In this document: in pieces, positions 46,326 to 56,037 of the stretch
Numbering within the stretch: position 1 is the first letter of the stretch
How the letters are laid out: every line of letters begins with the position of its first letter
Sequence record: NC_042100.1
DNA: 64,000 nt
Direction: 5' to 3' (one strand)
Notes under the pieces: generated by a model
Seen by the model: the letters and a program-made list of their open reading frames with translations, nothing else
Told to the model about the DNA's origin: nothing
Database searches by the model: none
Program-made: the position numbers and the translations under genes

Positions 46326-48407
46326 TTAAAACAATCCCATCGGACTCACGTGAGTAACCACTTTAGGTGGTGTCACCGACTCATCCCATAGTGTGTGATC
46401 AGCATCGAAGAGATCTTCAGTGCCAGCTACCCCCACTAAGGTTACGTCTTCGCCGTGCTGCACTGACATGATCTGAGCAACTTGTTCCCGACTCCATTGC
46501 ATGATATCCAAATTACGCCCTGTAACGTTCTCTCGACCGTTTGTGTCTAATTCAAACATGTATGCAAAGGTAGGAGCAGTTTGCCCCTGACGATGCACCC
46601 TAGCGATCGTTTGAGTTAACGTGTAATCACGCCAAGGAGCATTCATACACAACACTTGGTTAGCCATTAACAAAGGATAACCAGTAGACAGTGATTTGAA
46701 TGTCGTGATCAACGGGTTCTTGGTTTCTGACTCACCAAACTGAGCGACGAGTTTATCACGCTCACTTGTATTATTACCGTAAACGAAGATGGTATCGTAA
46801 CCTTGCTTAGTTAGGTGATCATCACACTCATAAACCACATCAACGTGATCTGTAAAGATAAGGGTCTTTTTCTCTACGTGGTCGATGTAACTTGGTAAGT
46901 CCGCGTGCTCAACCAACGCTTTAACGGCTTCGATACGAGCTTTGCCTAAAACGTTACCTAACGCTTCCCCTTGAATCTTCAACCCAACGTACTTGACGAT
47001 GGACTTAGCATTACGGAAATGTTTACGTTCCGTTGGACGCATCCATTCTTCTATATCTAATTCGATTTCTTTAGCACGTTTAGATAAATCAGAATCGGTG
47101 AAGTTATTGTACCCATCTTTACGGAACTTGTTCACGATACGGAGGTATTCGTCTAGTTCACTCAACGCTTTCTGATCATTACGTTTAATACAATGTGCAC
47201 GGTAACCACTGATTATGTCATTGAAGTAACTTACGTACTGTTCCATGTTATTGGAATAATACTTATAACGATCTTGGATGTAAACCTGCATTTGGTTACG
47301 GATGGAATCCAGAGTAAAGTGCTCGGCATTTGGAACCTTAACCTTCACACGTTCCGGAGCTGGAGCGTCACCCATTCCATCCAATACTGCGATCGTGTAT
47401 TTCTCGGCACCGATACGGTGGGCCAGCAATTCGTTGAGTTTATCACGAGAGCGTCCGTAACCGTCTAGGAACGCTTTTCGCACATTACCCTTAAAGAAAC
47501 TATCGATCAAACAGAAGATCGTGTAGGACTCTTTACCGACTCCTTTGATCGGGGTGCCGGACATAGGTAGTGCGTCAGTGAAACCATAAACTTCGTTGTA
47601 TTCAATGAGTTTCTTAGTGCGCTTCGAGTTCGGATCGTTAAAGTTATGACACTCATCGACGATCATCTTAAACGCGGGATTTCCTGTGTTAAAGGAATGA
47701 ATCATTCGCATGTATTTTTCACACAAGGGATCTAACATGAACTCATAGTGAACAAAGTAATATTCGTCGTCTTTCTGAGGCGGGCGATCCATTTTGGAAT
47801 GCCAAAACTTTGGAGGTTTAACCCACACCTCGTGTTTGATGTTATTGGTCATGTGATTAGCCCACACTTCTTCAATAACGTTCAAAGGTACGAACCCAAC
47901 AGTCTTACCCTTAGGAAGCGATTCAGACCACATCAGTGATAGGGCGGTCTTACCACTCCCAGCTTTACCATCTAATAACAATCCTTTTAGGTGATAAGAA
48001 GCTTTACGAGATGTGTAAGTTTCCAAGAAGCGTAGCTGTGGGTCTAATGGCTTAAGTTTAACCGTTCGCTTTAGCTTGTTCATATCGAACAAAGAAGGTT
48101 GCGGTACTAATGTGCTCTGCACCCAAGTTTCAGTTTGGATAAGCTCTTGTACCTTCACTAAGTCACGGCGATTTACTCGAGTACTTTTTAACTGAAGTAG
48201 TTTAGTTATTAGGTGATTGAGCTCCAAAAGGAAAAATGATTTAACTTCAAACTTGCGAGAATTAACCCGACTAAGCATATACTTAGTGATGGTGGTAGTC
48301 CCGTAAAGTCTATTAACGTCTTGTTCAAACGGACGCCAAGATAACCCAGAGATGATGGCACGTTGGTCATCCACCTCTATACTGGGTCCGAATAACATAC
48401 TAAACAT
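46326..48407 (-). CDS. SF2 (SNF2/DEAD-like) helicase
   Basis: Motif I GKAGSGKT, motif II VDECH, motif III SGTP, motif V STGYPL, motif VI QTIARVHRQGQ. Confidence 0.9.
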   Translation of the reverse strand: MFSMLFGPSIEVDDQRAIISGLSWRPFEQDVNRLYGTTTITKYMLSRVNSRKFEVKSFFLLELNHLITKLLQLKSTRVNRRDLVKVQELIQTETWVQSTLVPQPSLFDMNKLKRTVKLKPLDPQLRFLETYTSRKASYHLKGLLLDGKAGSGKTALSLMWSESLPKGKTVGFVPLNVIEEVWANHMTNNIKHEVWVKPPKFWHSKMDRPPQKDDEYYFVHYEFMLDPLCEKYMRMIHSFNTGNPAFKMIVDECHNFNDPNSKRTKKLIEYNEVYGFTDALPMSGTPIKGVGKESYTIFCLIDSFFKGNVRKAFLDGYGRSRDKLNELLAHRIGAEKYTIAVLDGMGDAPAPERVKVKVPNAEHFTLDSIRNQMQVYIQDRYKYYSNNMEQYVSYFNDIISGYRAHCIKRNDQKALSELDEYLRIVNKFRKDGYNNFTDSDLSKRAKEIELDIEEWMRPTERKHFRNAKSIVKYVGLKIQGEALGNVLGKARIEAVKALVEHADLPSYIDHVEKKTLIFTDHVDVVYECDDHLTKQGYDTIFVYGNNTSERDKLVAQFGESETKNPLITTFKSLSTGYPLLMANQVLCMNAPWRDYTLTQTIARVHRQGQTAPTFAYMFELDTNGRENVTGRNLDIMQWSREQVAQIMSVQHGEDVTLVGVAGTEDLFDADHTLWDESVTPPKVVTHVSPMGLF

Positions 48408-48454
48408 AATAACCCCTATTAAAGTTTAATTGAAAAAAGAAAAAGGAAACTGAC

Positions 48455-49810
48455 ATGTCTAAGTCTAAACCTAACCACGACCTTTGGAAGATGTTTGCGT
48501 ACATTGCTGAAGGACTAAACAACCTTACTTTCATCATGCCTGTTGAAACTAACGGAACACCTTCCCTGCTACACACAGGTCTTGCACCAGAAGACATGAA
48601 TGTGACAATCTCTAATCACGAATACCTACCAATGACCCGTATTCGTATTGATTTTAATCTTCCGGTTGAACTTACGGAATACCTAGAGTCTGATGACCCT
48701 GATATGCCGTACAGTGCTAAGCAACTGAAAGAATGGTTAGGTGATCGAGAACACCTTGAGTACTTGGTGTACAACGTCATGATCGAAAGCATTCTGGAAC
48801 AACTTCGTGAGCTTAATAAATTGAGCAAGGAAGTTGACAGTTTCTCCAACGATCGTAACGTGAAAGAACTGATTGGTTTCATCGCCACTTTGAGCATGGA
48901 ACAAGTTAATTCAGAAGAGCGTAAGCATCGTAACAAGTACTACCCAATGGTTATTAACCGCATCCCTAACATCACGGTTTACGAACCGTCAGATGAATGG
49001 ATCGACGAACACTTTGGTGATATGACCGCACACGATGTTCAGCACGTAGATACAGTTGTTAATCGTAATGCCAAACGCATTGCTACCCAACTTGGCAAAA
49101 TTGGTGAGCTTGTAAACCAGTGGGGAGAAAAGACCCCTACAGTCAAGACACACGATTTATGGTTCTCCCTTAACATCGAAGACCATAAAATTAAATTGGG
49201 TCTGGATTTACAACCAGTACGCAATGAAGAAAATTTTGTTATCAATCGTACTCCAGTTAATCTTGATCAGTGGGAACATGAACAAGATCGAGAAATGATT
49301 GCAGCGCTCGAGTCACACGTGGATGAAATGAATATCGTCATTGGTAACCTATTGAACTACAATACTGGTTACGAAGTGTTGAATAAAGAAATCCACCAAC
49401 TTTACATCGGTAAGATCCACCACCCAATTGCTAAGCACACAGTGCGTGTTTGGGGCTTTGATGATGTATGTGAAGAAGGTCGTAAATTGATCGACGAAGA
49501 GATCAGCTGGTTCCTACAAACTATTGAAGATGAGTGCGTGCGCACACAGCGTCCAGTTAAACTGGATATCTCCAATATGATGTTGCATACGGTGGAGCAA
49601 GGTGAATCGTTTATCTTACCGCACGATGAACAAGTAATCGCTGAACGTTGTCAGACTTTCTCTGGTACGTTCTTTGATGCATTCCAACAACACCTGTACG
49701 ATGTAGAAACAGAACACTTCGCACCATACACGAACGTGAAACCTGCGGACCTAGACAACCAAGCGGTGATCACTGAAGAAGATTTGTTGAACGCACCTAC
49801 GATCCACTAA
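48455..49810 (+). CDS. Hypothetical acidic protein, 451 aa
   Basis: SD AAGGA; weak similarity to 51049 (GLAPEDMNV vs ALLPEEYRV; GFDD). Confidence 0.75.
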   Translation: MSKSKPNHDLWKMFAYIAEGLNNLTFIMPVETNGTPSLLHTGLAPEDMNVTISNHEYLPMTRIRIDFNLPVELTEYLESDDPDMPYSAKQLKEWLGDREHLEYLVYNVMIESILEQLRELNKLSKEVDSFSNDRNVKELIGFIATLSMEQVNSEERKHRNKYYPMVINRIPNITVYEPSDEWIDEHFGDMTAHDVQHVDTVVNRNAKRIATQLGKIGELVNQWGEKTPTVKTHDLWFSLNIEDHKIKLGLDLQPVRNEENFVINRTPVNLDQWEHEQDREMIAALESHVDEMNIVIGNLLNYNTGYEVLNKEIHQLYIGKIHHPIAKHTVRVWGFDDVCEEGRKLIDEEISWFLQTIEDECVRTQRPVKLDISNMMLHTVEQGESFILPHDEQVIAERCQTFSGTFFDAFQQHLYDVETEHFAPYTNVKPADLDNQAVITEEDLLNAPTIH

Positions 49811-49815
49811 GATGT

Positions 49816-49834
49816 TATGGGGACCCGTCCCCAT
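49816..49834 (+). promoter_or_regulatory. TATG late-promoter-like motif with flush 5' stem-loop
   Basis: TATG, then from its G: GGGGA-cccg-TCCCC; upstream of the single-Ig gene. Confidence 0.5.
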
Positions 49835-49862
49835 TTAATTCGCTTATTAACAGGAGACTAAT

Positions 49863-50153
49863 ATGTCAGCGATTCTAAATCACGCCGTAGCCACTGATAA
49901 AGTGAAGCGTGGTAATCCGATCCAGCTTAAAGGTAAATTTGATGGTTTGGGTCAACCGCATCAAATAGTGTTGTCACTTAATGGTAAGGTGTTGAACGAA
50001 GTTCTTTACACGGAACCAAATGGTGGGTTCTGTTTTGAGATCCCTACCGACGACATTAAACCCGGCACTGTTACCCTTGTATATCAGCTTACTGAAAATA
50101 CAGAAGCGGGTTATGAACACCAAGGTGAGTTTAAGGTTCGAGTAACCAAGTAA
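49863..50153 (+). CDS. Single Ig-like domain protein, 96 aa
   Basis: Alternating beta pattern VKRGNPIQLKG..IVLSLNG..GGFCFEIPT..PGTVTLVYQ..GEFKVRVTK; SD AGGAG. Confidence 0.65.
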   Translation: MSAILNHAVATDKVKRGNPIQLKGKFDGLGQPHQIVLSLNGKVLNEVLYTEPNGGFCFEIPTDDIKPGTVTLVYQLTENTEAGYEHQGEFKVRVTK

Positions 50154-50158
50154 ACTAC

Positions 50159-50194
50159 TATATCCCCTCACCCCATTTGGGGTGAGGGGATATA
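50159..50194 (+). terminator. Intrinsic terminator
   Basis: TATATCCCCTCACCCC-attt-GGGGTGAGGGGATATA, 16-bp stem. Confidence 0.85.
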
Positions 50195-50218
50195 TCGCAT
50201 TCTGTAAAATTTAACAGA

Positions 50219-50236
50219 TCTATATTACTATGGTGT
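50219..50236 (+). promoter_or_regulatory. Putative early promoter, copy 4
   Basis: TCTATATTACTATGGTGT after a terminator; heads the 50-57 kb block. Confidence 0.8.
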
Positions 50237-50283
50237 ATGAATCCATACGCTATTTATTTCATTAACTTAAAAGGATAAACATC

Positions 50284-51039
50284 ATGTCCAATAAACACAT
50301 TAAAAACGTTATCACTTCAGGTCGCTACGTTCCAGAGAAAGGTAAGTTCGGTATCACCTTTACGGTTATAGACTGTGAGGGTAAAGAAGTTTCCCTACTC
50401 ATAAACAACGAAGAAGTCCATCGCAACTGGATTAAAAGCGATCGTTCAGAACACCGAGTGGGTATTGACTTAGAACGCTTCGACCTTACACACTTCACGT
50501 TGAAAATCTTAGTTCATAAAGGTGGTAACCCTATCGAACTTAAGGGCTTCGAATACGACGTTGTCCCAGAGAGTGTCCTTGCATCGAAAAACATCATTTC
50601 AATAGGGGAGAACTTAAAAGCGTTGAAACGTAACCTAGATATCATCACTCACATGGCGTTCCGTGCCAGAATGGATTTCAATAAAGAAAATCCTTCGATG
50701 AGAGAGAGTCGAGTCGGTACCAAGTTTTTAGAGTTCAGCACCCCAGAATTGGAGTACCTGTTCTTTGTACGAAACACCCGTAATAACGGGATGCCTTTGT
50801 TAACCATGTACTGTACGGACTTGAATGGTGCGCAACACGAAGTTAACTTCCGTCTAATGGGCTGGCAAGTAACCCGTGACAAAATATTAAATGCTGTCGC
50901 TAAACCATCGGTGATGAAAGCACTCATTGATTTATCTAAACCTTCCGGCACTAAATCGCTGTTACGTCTGGCGGACGATGAGCGATACAAAGAAACCTTA
51001 CGTGAAACCCTATTAACTGTAACTCGTCATGAGAAATAA
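50284..51039 (+). CDS. Hypothetical early protein: beta-sandwich-like N-domain plus module B
   Basis: Beta-rich first ~95 aa; C-part MYCTDLNGAQHEVNF resembles 42019. Confidence 0.7.
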   Translation: MSNKHIKNVITSGRYVPEKGKFGITFTVIDCEGKEVSLLINNEEVHRNWIKSDRSEHRVGIDLERFDLTHFTLKILVHKGGNPIELKGFEYDVVPESVLASKNIISIGENLKALKRNLDIITHMAFRARMDFNKENPSMRESRVGTKFLEFSTPELEYLFFVRNTRNNGMPLLTMYCTDLNGAQHEVNFRLMGWQVTRDKILNAVAKPSVMKALIDLSKPSGTKSLLRLADDERYKETLRETLLTVTRHEK

Positions 51040-51048
51040 GGAAATAAA

Positions 51049-52572
51049 ATGAATAAGAGTATTTTGGCCGCACTGGACGTTTTAGCGACATCCATAGAAA
51101 TGCAAGAACGTCAACTCCAAATCCGCACGGGTAACCGAGAAATGCTACAAGGTGTTATCACGGACGCCCTACTTCCTGAAGAGTACCGAGTAAATAACTT
51201 TGGTTACGGAGGACGTGATGAAGTTAAACCAGACCCAGTGTATCGATTAGTCCGTAATAATGATACTTGGAGTGATTTCGATCTCCCTAAAGATAAGGAG
51301 GGGTGGGAAGCACTACTGGATAAGGTTGACCCAGAGTTAAAGCAAAACGTCACAGTAACAGAGCGCCTTACCTTAGATCTGGGTTGGGGTGTAGCTAAAA
51401 TGGGACTTTGTAGTTTAGAATGGGTTTATACCTTCGTTGGATTTGATGACTTTAATATCATGAAGTCCGCATTAAAACCTAACCCACTACTGGAAAACGA
51501 ACTGAATCGCCGAGTCTTAGAGTTAGTGTCTAACGCGTATGGTAGCACGAGTAATGAAAGAAAGAATTTCATTAACTCAACCAGCGGTGTTTTAAAACGC
51601 GCACTGGATTTACGAAACACTTTAGTGGAGCGTGGGTTAATACCTTTCTTTGACAAATATAAAAAGGTTCAGGTTGCTTGGGGACATGTGGATAAACTAA
51701 TCCCCGGGATCTCACAAAGCCCAATTGATTTAAATAAGGACACGGAACTCTTGTTATCTTTGTCTTATTTAAACTTTAATTTGGCCGTGGGAGCAAACAA
51801 TATGGTCGGGGTAACCGAATTCGATAATGGCAAGTACACCCCTATTGACTTTAACGACCCAGAAAGGTTCGCACCAAGTGTGGTGAAGGCATTAAACGAA
51901 ATGCTGGACAATGTGGATATTCCGGAAACCACCGGACATGTTCGCTGGGAAAACCTGAGAGCGGTTCGAAACAATCGCCCAGAGTACGGATTCAGTCCTT
52001 GTCACGTTCTCACTATTCGAATTAAAGACATGTTCGGTGAGCAACTGACTCGTGATATATTTATCCACTCCAAAGAACCGTTAGACTTCAAAGTCTTAGG
52101 TAAATTAGCTAAGCAAACCCGGGAGTTCGTGTCTAATGAGACCGCCCTTATGTCTGCGACCACGGATAATTGCAACCTAGTAGAAGGTCATCTTATTAAC
52201 TTTGTTGAAGCCTTTGGGTTATCCAACAACGTAGAGTTAAAGGTGACGCGTCGTCATCAAGTGATCGTTTATCTTGGAGAAGGCAAGACTTACTCATTTA
52301 AGTCACGTAAAGACGTTTCCCCGGCTTTTATTGATTTCATGCATAAGTTATGCGGTGTTGAATTAAAACCTCTACACGAGCTTCCTGAGGACCTTAAACA
52401 AGACTTAGGACCTTACACTTGCATGGACCCAAAACATACAACTGTTTTGTGTAAAACCAATGAGGTCGAGTTCCCTGAAACTCATCTCTTGGATCAAATC
52501 ATAGACAGACTCAGTGCTTCTGGAAACCTTAACGAAGACTGGATTTATAACGCCGTAAACGAAATCATTTAA
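51049..52572 (+). CDS. Hypothetical protein, 507 aa
   Basis: SD AAGGA; long ORF. Confidence 0.75.
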   Translation: MNKSILAALDVLATSIEMQERQLQIRTGNREMLQGVITDALLPEEYRVNNFGYGGRDEVKPDPVYRLVRNNDTWSDFDLPKDKEGWEALLDKVDPELKQNVTVTERLTLDLGWGVAKMGLCSLEWVYTFVGFDDFNIMKSALKPNPLLENELNRRVLELVSNAYGSTSNERKNFINSTSGVLKRALDLRNTLVERGLIPFFDKYKKVQVAWGHVDKLIPGISQSPIDLNKDTELLLSLSYLNFNLAVGANNMVGVTEFDNGKYTPIDFNDPERFAPSVVKALNEMLDNVDIPETTGHVRWENLRAVRNNRPEYGFSPCHVLTIRIKDMFGEQLTRDIFIHSKEPLDFKVLGKLAKQTREFVSNETALMSATTDNCNLVEGHLINFVEAFGLSNNVELKVTRRHQVIVYLGEGKTYSFKSRKDVSPAFIDFMHKLCGVELKPLHELPEDLKQDLGPYTCMDPKHTTVLCKTNEVEFPETHLLDQIIDRLSASGNLNEDWIYNAVNEII

Positions 52573-52581
52573 ACTCATCAC

Positions 52582-52597
52582 GGGGTGGAAACACCCC
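52582..52597 (+). terminator. GAAA stem-loop (weak terminator or processing site)
   Basis: GGGGTG-gaaa-CACCCC. Confidence 0.5.
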
Positions 52598-52619
52598 ATC
52601 TCTTATAAGGATTATTCCA

Positions 52620-53711
52620 ATGAAAAAACTACACGCAGAACTTAACTACCGAATTCACCCGGCTTCAATCAACAACACACTTTACGTTTATGCGGATGAG
52701 AGTCTGTTCGGTAAAACTCTGTTGGTTTACGTTACCACTACGCTCGATGAATTAGAAGAGCATGAAGAAGAACTTCCCGTGTTGGATCGTGGAACCACTG
52801 TGTACCATGAACTACTGGAGTTAGATATCACCACCATTAATCTCCGCAGCATCAACCTTCCTAATGGTCATACTTACGAGGTGAATGTTCATGTGTTGGA
52901 TGACAACGATGAATCAGTAGCTGAAGTTAAAGACCTTCTAGTCCATCATCCGGAAGACTTTGATCTAGAAAAACATTTGAAAAATAATGCTCAAACCGCG
53001 CTAGATCGATTTGAGGTTATCACTGGTGGGTTAAACTACTGGGGTGGTGAAGACGTTACATTGTTTGATTCTTACATCGCTGGCAGACAATTAGAGATCC
53101 GTTCGGTTGTGGGTCGTTGGGTGTTGACCACCTACCTAGCTTTAGAGGAAATCGAAGTAGTAGACAGTGCACCGACCTTCCAAGAACTCTTTAAACGTAT
53201 TAAGGGTAATGGTGACCTGAAAGACATCATAGACTCAGGTCTTTTATTTGAGCATTTCATGTCACCCATTACTTTTGATAAAACCACAAAAGTTTTCAAC
53301 TCCCGTGTGCGTTTGATGGAAGATTTTGTCTTTAAAAATATCGATGACCACATCGAAGAAACGCGAACAGTGGTAGAAACCCAAGTTCCACCTGAAGTTG
53401 AAACAGAAGAAGATTTGGATAAATTCATTGAAGACGCGATAACTTCCATTAATCCTAAGTTTTCTATTTTAGATTACATGAGTTTTGTGGGTGAATTGGC
53501 TGGTCGTTTCGAAGAAGGGTTTGATCAAGTCATAGATCGTCGCTTGTTCTTAAATTTGTTTTCTTCTAACTTCGTTAAACACTTGAAAGGTTTCGATATC
53601 GAACCGGAATGGTTAGAACGTGATTACTATTTGTCTTTCCATCTCCGTGATGGCAAGTGGGAATACGAAGGAAACCAGAATGTGAAGGAGTTACTGGAAC
53701 ATGTCTCGTAA
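52620..53711 (+). CDS. Hypothetical protein: beta-sandwich-like N-domain, middle domain and module C, 363 aa
   Basis: The C-terminal ~100 aa align with the whole of 53701. Confidence 0.75.
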   Translation: MKKLHAELNYRIHPASINNTLYVYADESLFGKTLLVYVTTTLDELEEHEEELPVLDRGTTVYHELLELDITTINLRSINLPNGHTYEVNVHVLDDNDESVAEVKDLLVHHPEDFDLEKHLKNNAQTALDRFEVITGGLNYWGGEDVTLFDSYIAGRQLEIRSVVGRWVLTTYLALEEIEVVDSAPTFQELFKRIKGNGDLKDIIDSGLLFEHFMSPITFDKTTKVFNSRVRLMEDFVFKNIDDHIEETRTVVETQVPPEVETEEDLDKFIEDAITSINPKFSILDYMSFVGELAGRFEEGFDQVIDRRLFLNLFSSNFVKHLKGFDIEPEWLERDYYLSFHLRDGKWEYEGNQNVKELLEHVS

Positions 53712-53997
53712 ACCTAACTTTGATATGGTGCGTTTCAAACGGTGGTTAGACGGGTGGTTCGCCTCAAATCCAAAACCATCGAAACACGAAGAATATCTTA
53801 CTTTGATGAGAGACTACTCTGGGGCTTTTGGGGAGGCTATGCTTAAACAGCTTCGTTCTTACGAAGACGTTCACAGTCGTTGGTTACACGATGCCTACGG
53901 TTTAACGTTTAGGCGGGATGAAAACCGGGAGTGGGAAGTGGGGTTTAACGAACTTGTTTGGGAGTTCCTTAATTCCTCTAGAAAGACTCACATGTAA
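53701..53997 (+). CDS. Stand-alone module C, tandem paralogue of the 52620 C-terminus
   Basis: NPKPSKHEEY..YSGAFGEA..KQL..WLHDAYGLTF..WE vs NPKFSILDY..LAGRFEEG..KHL..WLERDYYLSF..WE. Confidence 0.75.
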   Translation: MSRKPNFDMVRFKRWLDGWFASNPKPSKHEEYLTLMRDYSGAFGEAMLKQLRSYEDVHSRWLHDAYGLTFRRDENREWEVGFNELVWEFLNSSRKTHM

Positions 53998-54008
53998 AAT
54001 ATAATCCG

Positions 54009-54029
54009 GGGGTCCATTGATAGGACCCC
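54009..54029 (+). terminator. Stem-loop terminator
   Basis: GGGGTCC-attgata-GGACCCC followed by TACTTTT. Confidence 0.6.
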
Positions 54030-54053
54030 TACTTTTAATTAAAGGTTAATACC

Positions 54054-54566
54054 ATGCAACAACCTGATATGAGACCAGCCGTTGGTTTGTTCTTAACTTT
54101 ATACGGGGCGTTAAAGCGTCTCCGTGATCAAGAACCCCCGATGAAAGAACTTTCTCAAGAATACCGAGACAACCGTTTCTGTAAAGAACTCGTTAATTGT
54201 TTCGACCCTGCTTCTTATCGATTCAGTGTGTTTGACATCACGTTGGATTACTGGTTCCATAAAGAACTCAATAAAGAGATAGCGTTAGTCACCATACGCG
54301 ATGAAGGACAGGGTAATCACATGAACACGATTAATCTTGATATTTCTGATCCTAACATAACTTTAGAAACACTATGGGTGAATCTGCTCCATATTCTGGT
54401 GTTCCGATACCCAGATACCCTAACTCGTATCGCCGAGTCCGGTGACGACATTCTGGAAAACCTATCGCTTGGTGAGCTCTACGTATTAGGTGGTAAACAC
54501 CGTTTCTCTGAACCACTGCAAACACTTTACGTTTCATTAACTTCTCCGCTTTTAGATAACGAGTAA
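54054..54566 (+). CDS. Hypothetical protein (module-B family), 170 aa
   Basis: LVTIRDEGQGNHMNTINL..LLHILVFRYPDTLTRIAE resembles 42019. Confidence 0.7.
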   Translation: MQQPDMRPAVGLFLTLYGALKRLRDQEPPMKELSQEYRDNRFCKELVNCFDPASYRFSVFDITLDYWFHKELNKEIALVTIRDEGQGNHMNTINLDISDPNITLETLWVNLLHILVFRYPDTLTRIAESGDDILENLSLGELYVLGGKHRFSEPLQTLYVSLTSPLLDNE

Positions 54567-54572
54567 ATCGAC

Positions 54573-55352
54573 ATGAATAAATTTAACATCGAAGTAAACA
54601 AACAAATTCATCATCTTGACGAAACGATCACAATCCATCCTTCTTGGCGTGACCTAGGGAAGTTGGAAAACCGTCATGAGCTCCACGCAGAACTTTACAT
54701 TAACGATGAAGTCCTAGCTTCCGGTTACAACATCGATGACGTTTCTTATTCTCTTGTGGAAGGGCTTTTACCTAAAGTGACTGATTACCGTACTAAATTG
54801 GTGATCTATCGTAATCAAGAAGTAATCGCAGAATCCCACGAAGCGTGGATGCGGGTCGACACTCGATTGAGTGCTGAAATTTCTGACATGAATCTAAAAA
54901 CTCGCGGCATGGATTTCTTTGCGACCTTTATGCGTGCACTGGCGTTAATGGAACCACGTCTTAACAAAGCCACTGAGCACCCTAGTGAGCGTTACAAACT
55001 GTTTGCTTGGGAAATCGGTCCGTGGTTCTTTGAACTCTACTGGGACGTCGCTCGTAAGTCCTACGATTTGACGTATTGTCCCGCTAACGACATCGATAAC
55101 ATCACCGCTATCGAACTTGAGTCCGGTGGATACACGAGCATCGGTGCGGGTCTTCTACCATTACTGGATTCAAATGTCAAGGAATGGGTTATCCATCCTA
55201 ATTTCCGTAAGGCGGTAATTGAAGAACCACTGGGTAGTGATTTGGTTTATCACTATACGTTCCTTATGGCGCTAGCGAGCTCGAACGATACCTTGAGTAA
55301 CGTACCGGCTGGTATCCGTGCGATCACTGGATTTGCAAGAAAGGTGAAATGA
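54573..55352 (+). CDS. Hypothetical protein: beta-sandwich-like N-domain plus C-domain, 259 aa
   Basis: Beta-rich first ~95 aa (TITIHP..LHAELYIN..YRTKLVIYR). Confidence 0.7.
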   Translation: MNKFNIEVNKQIHHLDETITIHPSWRDLGKLENRHELHAELYINDEVLASGYNIDDVSYSLVEGLLPKVTDYRTKLVIYRNQEVIAESHEAWMRVDTRLSAEISDMNLKTRGMDFFATFMRALALMEPRLNKATEHPSERYKLFAWEIGPWFFELYWDVARKSYDLTYCPANDIDNITAIELESGGYTSIGAGLLPLLDSNVKEWVIHPNFRKAVIEEPLGSDLVYHYTFLMALASSNDTLSNVPAGIRAITGFARKVK

Positions 55353-56026
55353 TGAAAATAGCTATCGCTAAACCCCGGGTGTTACTCGGGGATTACATTC
55401 GTATCAAAACCACCGAATACGAACACAAACCTAACGTAACATTAAACGCCGATCTCAGTAATCTCGAGACGGGGACGACGCGTGCGGTCACTATTGCTAA
55501 CTACCGAACGAACGATGGCTACGTTTCTTATCTGGATACCAAGGGATTGGAAATTGGTGATTATAGTCTAGTGGTTTGGGAACGAGGGAATTACGGTAAT
55601 CGTGATGAAGGTCGTTTCTCCATCAGCAAAGAAGCCATTCAAGATCATAAATTGCAGGCACAACTCAAGACGTTCCACCGGATACTTTGGAAGTGGTTAG
55701 AGTCGATTAATGTTTACTCTGCTCCAGTGAAGTTGAATGAATTGAATTTCTTACCTGATGCGGATAAAAAGACGTTGGGCGTAAGCCTAACTAATCAAGC
55801 GGGACTGGTGAACTTAAATGAAGAAAACTTCGATGAAGTGTTTGAATCACTTTGCCGGTTGTTGGCGGTTCATTACCGAACTATTGATGAAGTAATCCCT
55901 ACGGAAGATATGGTAGACCTTCGTTGTCACTTAGTGAATTTGGGTCAACTCAAGTATGACTTGGAAATCGACGCCCATCGCCTCACCAGCCTATTCCCAC
56001 GAACTTTAACACTTTATACCAATTAA
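55349..56026 (+). CDS. Hypothetical protein with Ig-like N-domain resembling 49863, 225 aa
   Basis: VLLGDYIRI..GYVSYLDTKGLEIGDYSLVVW..EGRFSI vs VKRGNPIQL..GFCFEIPTDDIKPGTVTLVY..QGEFKV. Confidence 0.7.
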   Translation: MMKIAIAKPRVLLGDYIRIKTTEYEHKPNVTLNADLSNLETGTTRAVTIANYRTNDGYVSYLDTKGLEIGDYSLVVWERGNYGNRDEGRFSISKEAIQDHKLQAQLKTFHRILWKWLESINVYSAPVKLNELNFLPDADKKTLGVSLTNQAGLVNLNEENFDEVFESLCRLLAVHYRTIDEVIPTEDMVDLRCHLVNLGQLKYDLEIDAHRLTSLFPRTLTLYTN

Positions 56027-56037
56027 AGGAGATTGAC

